Below, one piece after another: positions 13,620 through 29,100 of a stretch of DNA of 64,000 nt. The stretch comes from Eledone cirrhosa. Its lineage: Eukaryota. The first letter of the stretch is position 1. Every line of letters begins with the position of its first letter. Position numbers and translations under genes: made by a program. Location of the stretch: assembly GCA_964016885.1 (NCBI GenBank), contig OZ024741.1, positions 312,604,001-312,668,000 of the forward strand, given 5' to 3'. The notes below the pieces were generated by a model. That model was given only the letters and a program-made list of their open reading frames with translations, was not told where the DNA came from and did not search any database.

Positions 13620-16600
13620 GTCTTCTATATTATTGTTCTGCATCCTCCTGCATTGAACCACCTAGGTACTATGACATAACCTGTGTATTTGCTGGCATTA
13701 GCGTACATCTGTGCGCTTATGTTAGTTGATATATTAAATTATCTATATTTATCTCCAAATCACTGATTTGTCGAACAAACCTGTCAAAACCACTTCTAAA
13801 TTTTTTTGGGGGGTGTTAGTAGGCGTCTGTCATCTTACCATCCCATTCCTACTGACTAGCCTCTGTGTCACGTGATTGATTCTTTAGAATCGGCCATTTG
13901 ACTAGAGGCAGTGAGGACTTCAGTGCATGGAATTCTGTCCCCGCTAGCTGTTCCATCTACCGAATTATTATTATTTTTATATGAACCCCCAGTGTCCGCG
14001 CATTGCCTGGAGACTTAGCTGAGAATAGACTCCCTGATGACGCAATGAATTCTCGACAGTTAGATTACGTAACTGTCTTTATCCCATTGCAGAAACTAAT
14101 TAGTTGGAGTGAAAATTTAAGTAAGTAAGTTAAAATTAAAAGAAACAAACTTTTTTTAAAGGATTTTCTTAAATTACGTCTTCTATATTATTGTTCTGCA
14201 TCCTCCTGCATTGAACCACCTAGGTACTATGACATAACCTGTGTATTTGCTGGCATTAGCGTACATCTGTGCGCTTATGTTAGTTGATATATTAAATTAT
14301 CTATATTTATCTCCAAATCACTGATTTGTCGAGCAAACCTGCCAAAACCACTTCTAAATTTTTTGGGGGGGTGTTTGTAGGCGTCTGTCATCTTACCATC
14401 CCATTCCTACTGACTAGACTCTGTGTCACCTGATTGATTCTTTAGAATCGGCCATTTGACTAGAGGCAGTGAGGACTTCAGTGCATGGAATTCTGTCCCC
14501 GCTAGCTGTTCCATCTACCGAATTATTATTATTTTTATATGAACCCCCAGTGTCCGCGCATTGCCTGGAGACTTAGCTGAGAATAGACTCCCTGATGACG
14601 CAATGAATTCTCGACAGTTAGATTACGTAACTGTCTTTATCCCATTGCAGGAACTAATTAGTTGGAGTGAAAATTTAAGTAAGTAAGTTAAAATTTAAAA
14701 AAAAAAACATTTTTTAAAGGATTTTCTTATTTTACGTCTTCTATATTATTGTTCTGCATCCTCCTGCATTGAACCACCTAGGTACTATGACATAACCTGT
14801 GTATTTGCTGGCATTAGCGTACATCTGTGCGCTTATGTTAGTTGATATATTAAATTATCTATATTTATCTCCAAATCACTGATTTGTCGAGTAAACCTGC
14901 CAAAACCACTTCTAAATTTTTTTTGGGGGTGTTAGTAGGCGTCTGTCATCTTACCATCCCATTCCTACTGACTAGCCTCTGTGTCACGTGATTGATTCTT
15001 TAGAATCGGCCATTTGACTAGAGGCAGTGAGGATTTCAGTGCATGGAATGCAGTCCCCGCTAGCTGTTACATCTACCGAATTATTATTATTTTTATATGA
15101 GCCCCCAGTGTCTGCGCATTGCCTGGAGACTTAGCTGAGAATAGACTCCCTGATGACGCAATGAATTCTCGACAGTTAGATTACGTAACTGTCTTTATCC
15201 CATTGCAGAAACTAATTAGTTGGAGTGAAAATTTAAGTAAGTAAGTTAAAATTAAAAAAATAAAACTTTTTTTAAAGGATTTTCTTATTTTACGTCTTCT
15301 ATATTATTGTTCTGCATCCTCCTGCATTGAACCACCTAGGTACTATGACATAACCTGTGTATTTGCTGGCATTAGCGTACATCTGTGCGCTTATGTTAGT
15401 TGATATATTAAATTATCTATATTTATCTCCAAATCACTGATTTGTCGAACAAACCTGTCAAAACCACTTCTAAATTTTTTTGGGGGGTGTTAGTAGGCGT
15501 CTGTCATCTTACCATCCCATTCCTACTGACTAGCCTCTGTGTCACGTGATTGATTCTTTAGAATCGGCCATTTGACTAGAGGCAGTGAGGACTTCAGTGC
15601 ATGGAATTCTGTCCCCGCTAGCTGTTCCATCTACCGAATTATTATTATTTTTATATGAACCCCCAGTGTCCGCGCATTGCCTGGAGACTTAGCTGAGAAT
15701 AGACTCCCTGATGACGCAATGAATTCTCGACAGTTAGATTACGTAACTGTCTTTATCCCATTGCAGAAACTAATTAGTTGGAGTGAAAATTTAAGTAAGT
15801 AAGTTAAAATTAAAAGAAACAAACTTTTTTTAAAGGATTTTCTTAAATTACGTCTTCTATATTATTGTTCTGCATCCTCCTGCATTGAACCACCTAGGTA
15901 CTATGACATAACCTGTGTATTTGCTGGCATTAGCGTACATCTGTGCGCTTATGTTAGTTGATATATTAAATTATCTATATTTATCTCCAAATCACTGATT
16001 TGTCGAGCAAACCTGCCAAAACCACTTCTAAATTTTTTGGGGGGGTGTTTGTAGGCGTCTGTCATCTTACCATCCCATTCCTACTGACTAGACTCTGTGT
16101 CACCTGATTGATTCTTTAGAATCGGCCATTTGACTAGAGGCAGTGAGGACTTCAGTGCATGGAATTCTGTCCCCGCTAGCTGTTCCATCTACCGAATTAT
16201 TATTATTTTTATATGAACCCCCAGTGTCCGCGCATTGCCTGGAGACTTAGCTGAGAATAGACTCCCTGATGACGCAATGAATTCTCGACAGTTAGATTAC
16301 GTAACTGTCTTTATCCCATTGCAGGAACTAATTAGTTGGAGTGAAAATTTAAGTAAGTAAGTTAAAATTTAAAAAAAAAAACATTTTTTAAAGGATTTTC
16401 TTATTTTACGTCTTCTATATTATTGTTCTGCATCCTCCTGCATTGAACCACCTAGGTACTATGACATAACCTGTGTATTTGCTGGCATTAGCGTACATCT
16501 GTGCGCTTATGTTAGTTGATATATTAAATTATCTATATTTATCTCCAAATCACTGATTTGTCGAGTAAACCTGCCAAAACCACTTCTAAATTTTTTTTGG

Positions 16601-17120
16601 GGGTGTTAGTAGGCGTCTGTCATCTTACCATCCCATTCCTACTGACTAGCCTCTGTGTCACGTGATTGATTCTTTAGAATCGGCCATTTGACTAGAGGCA
16701 GTGAGGATTTCAGTGCATGGAATGCAGTCCCCGCTAGCTGTTACATCTACCGAATTATTATTATTTTTATATGAGCCCCCAGTGTCTGCGCATTGCCTGG
16801 AGACTTAGCTGAGAATAGACTCCCTGATGACGCAATGAATTCTCGACAGTTAGATTACGTAACTGTCTTTATCCCATTGCAGAAACTAATTAGTTGGAGT
16901 GAAAATTTAAGTAAGTAAGTTAAAATTAAAAAAATAAAACTTTTTTTAAAGGATTTTCTTATTTTACGTCTTCTATATTATTGTTCTGCATCCTCCTGCA
17001 TTGAACCACCTAGGTACTATGACATAACCTGTGTATTTGCTGGCATTAGCGTACATCTGTGCGCTTATGTTAGTTGATATATTAAATTATCTATATTTAT
17101 CTCCAAATCACTGATTTGTC
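13620..17120 (+). repeat. Higher-order duplication of 3 monomers (period 1674 bp)
   Basis: Diagnostic variants (GAACAAACCTGTCA, AAAAGAAACAAAC, CACCTG, GCAGGAAC, GAATGCAG) recur at +1674. Boundaries are approximate. Confidence 0.8.
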
Positions 17121-20100
17121 GAGCAAACCTGCCAAAACCACTTCTAAATTTTTTTGGGGGGTGTTAGTAGGCGTCTGTAATCTTACCATCCCATTCCTAC
17201 TGACTAGCCTATGTGTCACGTGATTGATTCTTTAGAATCGGCCATTTGACTAGAGGCAGTGAGGATTTCAGTGCATGGAATTCAGTCCCCGCTAGCCGTT
17301 CCATCTATCGAATTATTATTATTTTTATATGAGCCCCCAGTGTCCGCGCATTGCCTGGAGACTTAGCTGAGAATAGACTCCCTGATGACGCAATGAATTC
17401 TCGACAGTTAGATTACGTAACTGTCGTTATCCCATTGCAGGAACTAATTAGTTGGAGTGAAAATTTAAGTAAGTAAGTTAAAATTTAAAAAAAAAACATT
17501 TTTTAAAGGATTTTCTTATTTTATGTCTTCTATATTATTGTTCTGCATCCTCCTGCATTGAACCACCTAGGTACTATGACATAACCTGTGTATTTGCTGG
17601 CATTAGCGTACATCTGTGCGCTTATGTTAGTTGATATATTAAATTATCTATATTTATCTCCAAATCACTGATTTGTCGAGCAAACCTGCCAAAACCACTT
17701 CTAAATTTTTTTGGGGGGTGTTAGTATGCGTCTGTCATCTTACCATCCCATTCCTACTGACTAGCCTCTGTGTCACGTGATTGATTCTTTAGAATCGGCC
17801 ATTTGACTAGAGGCAGTGAGGACTTCAGTGCATGGAATTCAGTCCCCGCTAGCTGTTCCATCTACCGAATTATTATTATTTTTATATGAGCCCCCAGTGT
17901 CCGCGCATTGCCTGGAGACTTAGCTGAGAATAGACTCCCTGTTGACGCAATGAATTCTCGACAGTTAGATTACGTAACTGTCTTTATCCCATTGCAGAAA
18001 CTAATTAGTTGGAGTGAAAATTTAAGTAAGTAAGTTAAAATTTAAAAAAAAAACATTTTTTAAAGGATTTTCTTATTTTACGTCTTCTATATTATTGTTC
18101 TGCATCCTCCTGCATTGTACCACCTAGGTACTATGACATAACCTGTGTATTTGCTGGCATTAGCGTACATCTGTGCGCTTATGTTAGTTGATATATTAAA
18201 TTATCTATATTTATCTCCAAATCACTGATTTGTCGAGCAAACCTGCCAAAACCACTTCTAAATTTTTTTGGGGGGTGTTAGTAGGCGTCTGTCATCTTAC
18301 CATCCCATTCCTACTGACTAGCCTCTGTGTCACGTGATTGATTCTTTAGAATCGGCCATTTGACTAGAGGCAGTGAGGATTTCAGTGCATGGAATTCAGT
18401 CCCCTCTAGCTGTTCCATCTACCGAATTATTATTATTTTTATATGAGCCCCCAGTGTCCGCGCATTGACTGGAGACTTAGCTGAGAATAGACTCCCTGAT
18501 GACGCAATGAATTCTCGACAGTTAGATTACGTAACTGTCTTCATCCCATTGCAGAAACTAATTAGTTGGAGTGAAAATTTAAGTAAGTTAAAATTTAAAA
18601 AAAACACTTTTTTAAAGGATTTTCTTATTTTACGTCTTCTATATTATTGTTCTGCATCCTCCTGCATTGAACCACCTAGGTACTATGACATAACCTGTGT
18701 ATTTGCTGGCATTAGCGTACATCTGTGCGCTTATGTTAGTTGATATATTAAATTATCTATATTTATCTCCAAATCACTGATTTGTCGAGCAAACCTGCCA
18801 AAACCACTTCTAAATTTTTTTTGGGGGGTGTTAGTAGGCGTCTGTCATCTTACCATCCCATTCCTACTGACTAGCCTCTGTGTCACGTGATTGATTCTTT
18901 AGAATCGGCCATTTGACTAGAGGCAGTGAGGATTTCAGTGCATGGAATTTAGTCCCCGCTAGCTGTTCCATCTACCGAATTATTATTATTTTTATATGAG
19001 CCCCCAGTGTCCGCGCATTGCCTGGAGACTTAGCTGAGAATAGACTCCCTGATGACGCAATGATTTCTCGACAGTTAGAATACGTAACTGTCTTTATCCC
19101 ATTGCAGAAACTAATTAGTTGGAGTGAAAATTTAAGTAAGAAGTTAAAATTTAAAAAAAAAAACTTTTTTTAAAGGATTTTCTTATTTTACGTCTTCTAT
19201 ATTATTGTTCTGCATCCTCCTGCATTGAACCACCTAGGTACTATGACATAACCTGTGTATTTGCTGGCATTAGCGTACATCTGTGCGCTTATGTTAGTTG
19301 ATATATTAAATTATCTATATTTATCTCCAAATCACTGATTTGTCGAGCAAACCTGCCAAAACCACTTCTAAATTTTTTTGGGGGGTGTTAGTAGGCGTCT
19401 GTCATCGTACCATCCCATTCCTACTGACTAGCCTCTGTGTCACGTGATTGATTCTTTAGAATCGGCCATTTGACTAGAGGCAGTGAGGATTTCAGTGCAT
19501 GGAATGCAGTCCCCGCTAGCTGTTACATCTACCGAATTATTATTATTTTTATATGAGCCCCCAGTGTCTGCGCATTGCCTGGAGACTTAGCTGAGAATAG
19601 ACTCCCTGATGACGCAATGAATTCTCGACAGTTAGATTACGTAACTGTCTTTATCCCATTGCAGAAACTAATTAGTTGGAGTGAAAATTTAAGTAAGTAA
19701 GTTAAAATAAAAAAAAAAAACATTTTTAAAGGATTTTCTTATTTTACGTCTTCTATATTATTGTTCTGCATCCTCCTGCATTGAACCACCTAGGTACTAT
19801 GACATAACCTGTGTATTTGCTGGCATTAGCGTACATCTGTGCGCTTATGTTAGTTGATGTATTAAATTATCTATATTTATCTCCAAATCACTGATTTGTC
19901 GACAAACCTGCCAAAACCACTTCTAAATTTTTTTGTGGGGTGTTACTAGGCGTCTGTCATCTTACCATCCCATTCCTACTGACTAGCCTATGTGTCACGT
20001 GATTGATTCTTTAGAATCGGCCATTTGACTAGAGGCAGTGAGGATTTCAGTGCATGGAATTCAGTCCCCGCTAGCCGTTCCATCTATCGAATTATTATTA

Positions 20101-23100
20101 TTTTTATATGAGCCCCCAGTGTCCGCGCATTGCCTGGAGACTTAGCTGAGAATAGACTCCCTGATGACGCAATGAATTCTCGACAGTTAGATTACGTAAC
20201 TGTCTTTATCCCATTGCAGAAACTAATTAGTTGGAGTGAAAATTTAGAGTAAGTAAGTTAAAATGTTTTTAAAAAAATTTTTTAAAGGATTTTTTTATTT
20301 TACGTCTTCTATATTATTGTTCTGCATCCTCCTGCATTGAACCACCTAGGTACTATGACATAACCTGTGTATTTGCTGGCATTAGCGTACATATGTGCGC
20401 TTATGTTAGTTGATATATTAAATTATCTATATTTATCCCCAAATCACTGATTTGTCGAACAAACCTGTCAAAACCACTTCTAAATTTTTTTGGGGGGTGT
20501 TAGTAGGCGTCTGTCATCTTACCATCCCATTCCTACTGACTAGCCTCTGTGTCACGTGATTGATTCATTGCCTGGAGACTTAGCTGAGAATAGACTCCCT
20601 GATGACGCAATGAATTCTCGACAGTTAGATTACGTAACTGTCTTTATCCCATTGCAGAAACTAATTAGTTGGAGTGAAAATTTAGAGTAAGTAAGTTAAA
20701 ATGTTTTTAAAAAAACTTTTTTTAAAGGATTTTTTTATTTTACGTCTTCTATATTATTGTTCTGCATCCTCCTGCATTGAACCACCTAGGTACTATGACA
20801 TAACCTGTGTATTTGCTGGCATTAGCGTACATCTGTGCGCTTATGTTAGTTGATATATTAAATTATCTATATTTATCTCCAAATCACTGATTTGTCGAGC
20901 AAACCTGCCAAAACCACTTCTAAATTTTTTTTGGGGGTGTTAGTAGGCGTCTGTCATCTTACCATCCCATTCCTACTGACTAGACTCTGTGTCACGTGAT
21001 TGATTCTTTAGAATCGGCCATTTGACTAGAGGCAGTGAGGATTTCAGTGCATGGAATTTAGTCCCCGCTAGCTGTTCCATCTACCGAATTATTATTATTT
21101 TTATATGAGCCCCCAGTGTCCGCGCATTGCCTGGAGACTTAGCTGAGAATAGACTCCCTGATGACGCAATGAATTCTCGACAGTTAGATTACGTAACTGT
21201 CTTTATCCCATTGCAGAAACTAATTAGTTGGAGTGAAAATTTAAGTAAGTAAGTTAAAATTAAAAAAAAAAAACATTTTTTAAAGGATTTTCTTATTTTA
21301 CGTCTTCTATATTATTGTTCTGCATCCTCCTGCATTGAACCACCTAGGTACTATGACATAACCTGTGTATTTGCTGGCATTAGCGTACATCTGTGCGCTT
21401 ATGTTAGTTGATATATTAAATTATCTATATTTATCTCCAAATCACTGATTTGTCGACAAACCTGCCAAAACCACTTCTAAATTTTTTTGGGGGGTGTTAG
21501 TAGGCGTCTGTCATCTTACCATCCCATTCCTACTGACTAGCCTATGTGTCACGTGATTGATTCTTTAGAATCGGCCATTTGACTAGAGGCAGTGAGGATT
21601 TCAGTGCATGGAATTCAGTCCCCGCTAGCCGTTCCATCTATCGAATTATTATTATTTTTATATGAGCCCCCAGTGTCCGCGCATTGCCTGGAGACTTAGC
21701 TGAGAATAGACTCCCTGATGACGCAATGAATTCTCGACAGTTAGATTACGTAACTGTCTTTATCCCATTGCAGAAACTAATTAGTTGGAGTGAAAATTTA
21801 GAGTAAGTAAGTTAAAATGTTTTTAAAAAAATTTTTTAAAGGATTTTTTTATTTTACGTCTTCTATATTATTGTTCTGCATCCTCCTGCATTGAACCACC
21901 TAGGTACTATGACATAACCTGTGTATTTGCTGGCATTAGCGTACATATGTGCGCTTATGTTAGTTGATATATTAAATTATCTATATTTATCCCCAAATCA
22001 CTGATTTGTCGAACAAACCTGTCAAAACCACTTCTAAATTTTTTTGGGGGGTGTTAGTAGGCGTCTGTCATCTTACCATCCCATTCCTACTGACTAGCCT
22101 CTGTGTCACGTGATTGATTCATTGCCTGGAGACTTAGCTGAGAATAGACTCCCTGATGACGCAATGAATTCTCGACAGTTAGATTACGTAACTGTCTTCA
22201 TCCCATTGCAGAAACTAATTAGTTGGAGTGAAAATTTAAGTAAGTAAGTTAAAATTTAAAAAAAAAACTTTTTTAAAGGATTTTCTTATTTTACGTCTTC
22301 TGTATTATTGTTCTGCATCCTCCTGCATTGAACCACCTAGGTACTATGACATAACCTGTGTATTTGCTGGCATTAGCGTACATCTGTGCGCTTATGTTAG
22401 TTGATATATTAAATTATCTATATTTATCTCCAAATCACTGATTTGTCGAGCAAACCTGCCAAAACCACTTTTAAATTTTTTTTGGGGGTGTTAATAGGCG
22501 TCTGTCATCTTACCATCCCATTCCTACTGACTAGCCTCTGTGTCACGTGATTGATTCTTTAGAATCGGCCATTTGACTAGAGGCAGTGAGGACTTCAGTG
22601 CATGGAATTCAGTCCCCGCTAGCTGTTCCATCTACCGAATTATTATTATTTTTATATGAGCCCCCAGTGTCCGCGCATTGCCTGGAGACTTAGCTGAGAA
22701 TAGACTCCCTGTTGACGCAATGAATTCTCGACAGTTAGATTACGTAACTGTCTTTATCCCATTGCAGAAACTAATTAGTTGGAGTGAAAATTTAAGTAAG
22801 TAAGTTAAAATTTAAAAAAAAAAACATTTTTTAAAGGATTTTCTTATTTTACGTCTTCTAGATTATTGTTCTGCATCCTCCTGCATTGAACCACCTTGGT
22901 ACTATGACATAACCTGTGTATTTGCTGGCATTAGCGTACATCTGTGCGCTTATGTTAGTTGATATATTAAATTATCTATATTTATCTCCAAATCACTGAT
23001 TTGTCGAGCAAACCTGCCAAAACCACTTCTAAATTTTTTGGGGGGGTGTTTGTAGGCGTCTGTCATCTTACCATCCCATTCCTACTGACTAGACTCTGTG

Positions 23101-26100
23101 TCACCTGATTGATTCTTTAGAATCGGCCATTTGACTAGAGGCAGTGAGGACTTCAGTGCATGGAATTCTGTCCCCGCTAGCTGTTCCATCTACCGAATTA
23201 TTATTATTTTTATATGAACCCCCAGTGTCCGCGCATTGCCTGGAGACTTAGCTGAGAATAGACTCCCTGATGACGCAATGAATTCTCGACAGTTAGATTA
23301 CGTAACTGTCTTTATCCCATTGCAGGAACTAATTAGTTGGAGTGAAAATTTAAGTAAGTAAGTTAAAATTTAAAAAAAAAAACATTTTTTAAAGGATTTT
23401 CTTATTTTACGTCTTCTATATTATTGTTCTGCATCCTCCTGCATTGAACCACCTAGGTACTATGACATAACCTGTGTATTTGCTGGCATTAGCGTACATC
23501 TGTGCGCTTATGTTAGTTGATATATTAAATTATCTATATTTATCTCCAAATCACTGATTTGTCGAGTAAACCTGCCAAAACCACTTCTAAATTTTTTTTG
23601 GGGGTGTTAGTAGGCGTCTGTCATCTTACCATCCCATTCCTACTGACTAGCCTCTGTGTCACGTGATTGATTCTTTAGAATCGGCCATTTGACTAGAGGC
23701 AGTGAGGATTTCAGTGCATGGAATGCAGTCCCCGCTAGCTGTTACATCTACCGAATTATTATTATTTTTATATGAGCCCCCAGTGTCTGCGCATTGCCTG
23801 GAGACTTAGCTGAGAATAGACTCCCTGATGACGCAATGAATTCTCGACAGTTAGATTACGTAACTGTCTTTATCCCATTGCAGAAACTAATTAGTTGGAG
23901 TGAAAATTTAAGTAAGTAAGTTAAAATTAAAAAAATAAAACTTTTTTTAAAGGATTTTCTTATTTTACGTCTTCTATATTATTGTTCTGCATCCTCCTGC
24001 ATTGAACCACCTAGGTACTATGACATAACCTGTGTATTTGCTGGCATTAGCGTACATCTGTGCGCTTATGTTAGTTGATATATTAAATTATCTATATTTA
24101 TCTCCAAATCACTGATTTGTCGAGCAAACCTGCCAAAACCACTTCTAAATTTTTTTGGGGGGTGTTAGTAGGCGTCTGTAATCTTACCATCCCATTCCTA
24201 CTGACTAGCCTATGTGTCACGTGATTGATTCTTTAGAATCGGCCATTTGACTAGAGGCAGTGAGGATTTCAGTGCATGGAATTCAGTCCCCGCTAGCCGT
24301 TCCATCTATCGAATTATTATTATTTTTATATGAGCCCCCAGTGTCCGCGCATTGCCTGGAGACTTAGCTGAGAATAGACTCCCTGATGACGCAATGAATT
24401 CTCGACAGTTAGATTACGTAACTGTCGTTATCCCATTGCAGGAACTAATTAGTTGGAGTGAAAATTTAAGTAAGTAAGTTAAAATTTAAAAAAAAAACAT
24501 TTTTTAAAGGATTTTCTTATTTTATGTCTTCTATATTATTGTTCTGCATCCTCCTGCATTGAACCACCTAGGTACTATGACATAACCTGTGTATTTGCTG
24601 GCATTAGCGTACATCTGTGCGCTTATGTTAGTTGATATATTAAATTATCTATATTTATCTCCAAATCACTGATTTGTCGAGCAAACCTGCCAAAACCACT
24701 TCTAAATTTTTTTGGGGGGTGTTAGTATGCGTCTGTCATCTTACCATCCCATTCCTACTGACTAGCCTCTGTGTCACGTGATTGATTCTTTAGAATCGGC
24801 CATTTGACTAGAGGCAGTGAGGACTTCAGTGCATGGAATTCAGTCCCCGCTAGCTGTTCCATCTACCGAATTATTATTATTTTTATATGAGCCCCCAGTG
24901 TCCGCGCATTGCCTGGAGACTTAGCTGAGAATAGACTCCCTGTTGACGCAATGAATTCTCGACAGTTAGATTACGTAACTGTCTTTATCCCATTGCAGAA
25001 ACTAATTAGTTGGAGTGAAAATTTAAGTAAGTAAGTTAAAATTTAAAAAAAAAACATTTTTTAAAGGATTTTCTTATTTTACGTCTTCTATATTATTGTT
25101 CTGCATCCTCCTGCATTGTACCACCTAGGTACTATGACATAACCTGTGTATTTGCTGGCATTAGCGTACATCTGTGCGCTTATGTTAGTTGATATATTAA
25201 ATTATCTATATTTATCTCCAAATCACTGATTTGTCGAGCAAACCTGCCAAAACCACTTCTAAATTTTTTTGGGGGGTGTTAGTAGGCGTCTGTCATCTTA
25301 CCATCCCATTCCTACTGACTAGCCTCTGTGTCACGTGATTGATTCTTTAGAATCGGCCATTTGACTAGAGGCAGTGAGGATTTCAGTGCATGGAATTCAG
25401 TCCCCTCTAGCTGTTCCATCTACCGAATTATTATTATTTTTATATGAGCCCCCAGTGTCCGCGCATTGACTGGAGACTTAGCTGAGAATAGACTCCCTGA
25501 TGACGCAATGAATTCTCGACAGTTAGATTACGTAACTGTCTTCATCCCATTGCAGAAACTAATTAGTTGGAGTGAAAATTTAAGTAAGTTAAAATTTAAA
25601 AAAAACACTTTTTTAAAGGATTTTCTTATTTTACGTCTTCTATATTATTGTTCTGCATCCTCCTGCATTGAACCACCTAGGTACTATGACATAACCTGTG
25701 TATTTGCTGGCATTAGCGTACATCTGTGCGCTTATGTTAGTTGATATATTAAATTATCTATATTTATCTCCAAATCACTGATTTGTCGAGCAAACCTGCC
25801 AAAACCACTTCTAAATTTTTTTTGGGGGGTGTTAGTAGGCGTCTGTCATCTTACCATCCCATTCCTACTGACTAGCCTCTGTGTCACGTGATTGATTCTT
25901 TAGAATCGGCCATTTGACTAGAGGCAGTGAGGATTTCAGTGCATGGAATTTAGTCCCCGCTAGCTGTTCCATCTACCGAATTATTATTATTTTTATATGA
26001 GCCCCCAGTGTCCGCGCATTGCCTGGAGACTTAGCTGAGAATAGACTCCCTGATGACGCAATGATTTCTCGACAGTTAGAATACGTAACTGTCTTTATCC

Positions 26101-29100
26101 CATTGCAGAAACTAATTAGTTGGAGTGAAAATTTAAGTAAGAAGTTAAAATTTAAAAAAAAAAACTTTTTTTAAAGGATTTTCTTATTTTACGTCTTCTA
26201 TATTATTGTTCTGCATCCTCCTGCATTGAACCACCTAGGTACTATGACATAACCTGTGTATTTGCTGGCATTAGCGTACATCTGTGCGCTTATGTTAGTT
26301 GATATATTAAATTATCTATATTTATCTCCAAATCACTGATTTGTCGAGCAAACCTGCCAAAACCACTTCTAAATTTTTTTGGGGGGTGTTAGTAGGCGTC
26401 TGTCATCGTACCATCCCATTCCTACTGACTAGCCTCTGTGTCACGTGATTGATTCTTTAGAATCGGCCATTTGACTAGAGGCAGTGAGGATTTCAGTGCA
26501 TGGAATGCAGTCCCCGCTAGCTGTTACATCTACCGAATTATTATTATTTTTATATGAGCCCCCAGTGTCTGCGCATTGCCTGGAGACTTAGCTGAGAATA
26601 GACTCCCTGATGACGCAATGAATTCTCGACAGTTAGATTACGTAACTGTCTTTATCCCATTGCAGAAACTAATTAGTTGGAGTGAAAATTTAAGTAAGTA
26701 AGTTAAAATAAAAAAAAAAAACATTTTTAAAGGATTTTCTTATTTTACGTCTTCTATATTATTGTTCTGCATCCTCCTGCATTGAACCACCTAGGTACTA
26801 TGACATAACCTGTGTATTTGCTGGCATTAGCGTACATCTGTGCGCTTATGTTAGTTGATGTATTAAATTATCTATATTTATCTCCAAATCACTGATTTGT
26901 CGACAAACCTGCCAAAACCACTTCTAAATTTTTTTGTGGGGTGTTACTAGGCGTCTGTCATCTTACCATCCCATTCCTACTGACTAGCCTATGTGTCACG
27001 TGATTGATTCTTTAGAATCGGCCATTTGACTAGAGGCAGTGAGGATTTCAGTGCATGGAATTCAGTCCCCGCTAGCCGTTCCATCTATCGAATTATTATT
27101 ATTTTTATATGAGCCCCCAGTGTCCGCGCATTGCCTGGAGACTTAGCTGAGAATAGACTCCCTGATGACGCAATGAATTCTCGACAGTTAGATTACGTAA
27201 CTGTCTTTATCCCATTGCAGAAACTAATTAGTTGGAGTGAAAATTTAGAGTAAGTAAGTTAAAATGTTTTTAAAAAAATTTTTTAAAGGATTTTTTTATT
27301 TTACGTCTTCTATATTATTGTTCTGCATCCTCCTGCATTGAACCACCTAGGTACTATGACATAACCTGTGTATTTGCTGGCATTAGCGTACATATGTGCG
27401 CTTATGTTAGTTGATATATTAAATTATCTATATTTATCCCCAAATCACTGATTTGTCGAACAAACCTGTCAAAACCACTTCTAAATTTTTTTGGGGGGTG
27501 TTAGTAGGCGTCTGTCATCTTACCATCCCATTCCTACTGACTAGCCTCTGTGTCACGTGATTGATTCATTGCCTGGAGACTTAGCTGAGAATAGACTCCC
27601 TGATGACGCAATGAATTCTCGACAGTTAGATTACGTAACTGTCTTTATCCCATTGCAGAAACTAATTAGTTGGAGTGAAAATTTAGAGTAAGTAAGTTAA
27701 AATGTTTTTAAAAAAACTTTTTTTAAAGGATTTTTTTATTTTACGTCTTCTATATTATTGTTCTGCATCCTCCTGCATTGAACCACCTAGGTACTATGAC
27801 ATAACCTGTGTATTTGCTGGCATTAGCGTACATCTGTGCGCTTATGTTAGTTGATATATTAAATTATCTATATTTATCTCCAAATCACTGATTTGTCGAG
27901 CAAACCTGCCAAAACCACTTCTAAATTTTTTTTGGGGGTGTTAGTAGGCGTCTGTCATCTTACCATCCCATTCCTACTGACTAGACTCTGTGTCACGTGA
28001 TTGATTCTTTAGAATCGGCCATTTGACTAGAGGCAGTGAGGATTTCAGTGCATGGAATTTAGTCCCCGCTAGCTGTTCCATCTACCGAATTATTATTATT
28101 TTTATATGAGCCCCCAGTGTCCGCGCATTGCCTGGAGACTTAGCTGAGAATAGACTCCCTGATGACGCAATGAATTCTCGACAGTTAGATTACGTAACTG
28201 TCTTTATCCCATTGCAGAAACTAATTAGTTGGAGTGAAAATTTAAGTAAGTAAGTTAAAATTAAAAAAAAAAAACATTTTTTAAAGGATTTTCTTATTTT
28301 ACGTCTTCTATATTATTGTTCTGCATCCTCCTGCATTGAACCACCTAGGTACTATGACATAACCTGTGTATTTGCTGGCATTAGCGTACATCTGTGCGCT
28401 TATGTTAGTTGATATATTAAATTATCTATATTTATCTCCAAATCACTGATTTGTCGACAAACCTGCCAAAACCACTTCTAAATTTTTTTGGGGGGTGTTA
28501 GTAGGCGTCTGTCATCTTACCATCCCATTCCTACTGACTAGCCTATGTGTCACGTGATTGATTCTTTAGAATCGGCCATTTGACTAGAGGCAGTGAGGAT
28601 TTCAGTGCATGGAATTCAGTCCCCGCTAGCCGTTCCATCTATCGAATTATTATTATTTTTATATGAGCCCCCAGTGTCCGCGCATTGCCTGGAGACTTAG
28701 CTGAGAATAGACTCCCTGATGACGCAATGAATTCTCGACAGTTAGATTACGTAACTGTCTTTATCCCATTGCAGAAACTAATTAGTTGGAGTGAAAATTT
28801 AGAGTAAGTAAGTTAAAATGTTTTTAAAAAAATTTTTTAAAGGATTTTTTTATTTTACGTCTTCTATATTATTGTTCTGCATCCTCCTGCATTGAACCAC
28901 CTAGGTACTATGACATAACCTGTGTATTTGCTGGCATTAGCGTACATATGTGCGCTTATGTTAGTTGATATATTAAATTATCTATATTTATCCCCAAATC
29001 ACTGATTTGTCGAACAAACCTGTCAAAACCACTTCTAAATTTTTTTGGGGGGTGTTAGTAGGCGTCTGTCATCTTACCATCCCATTCCTACTGACTAGCC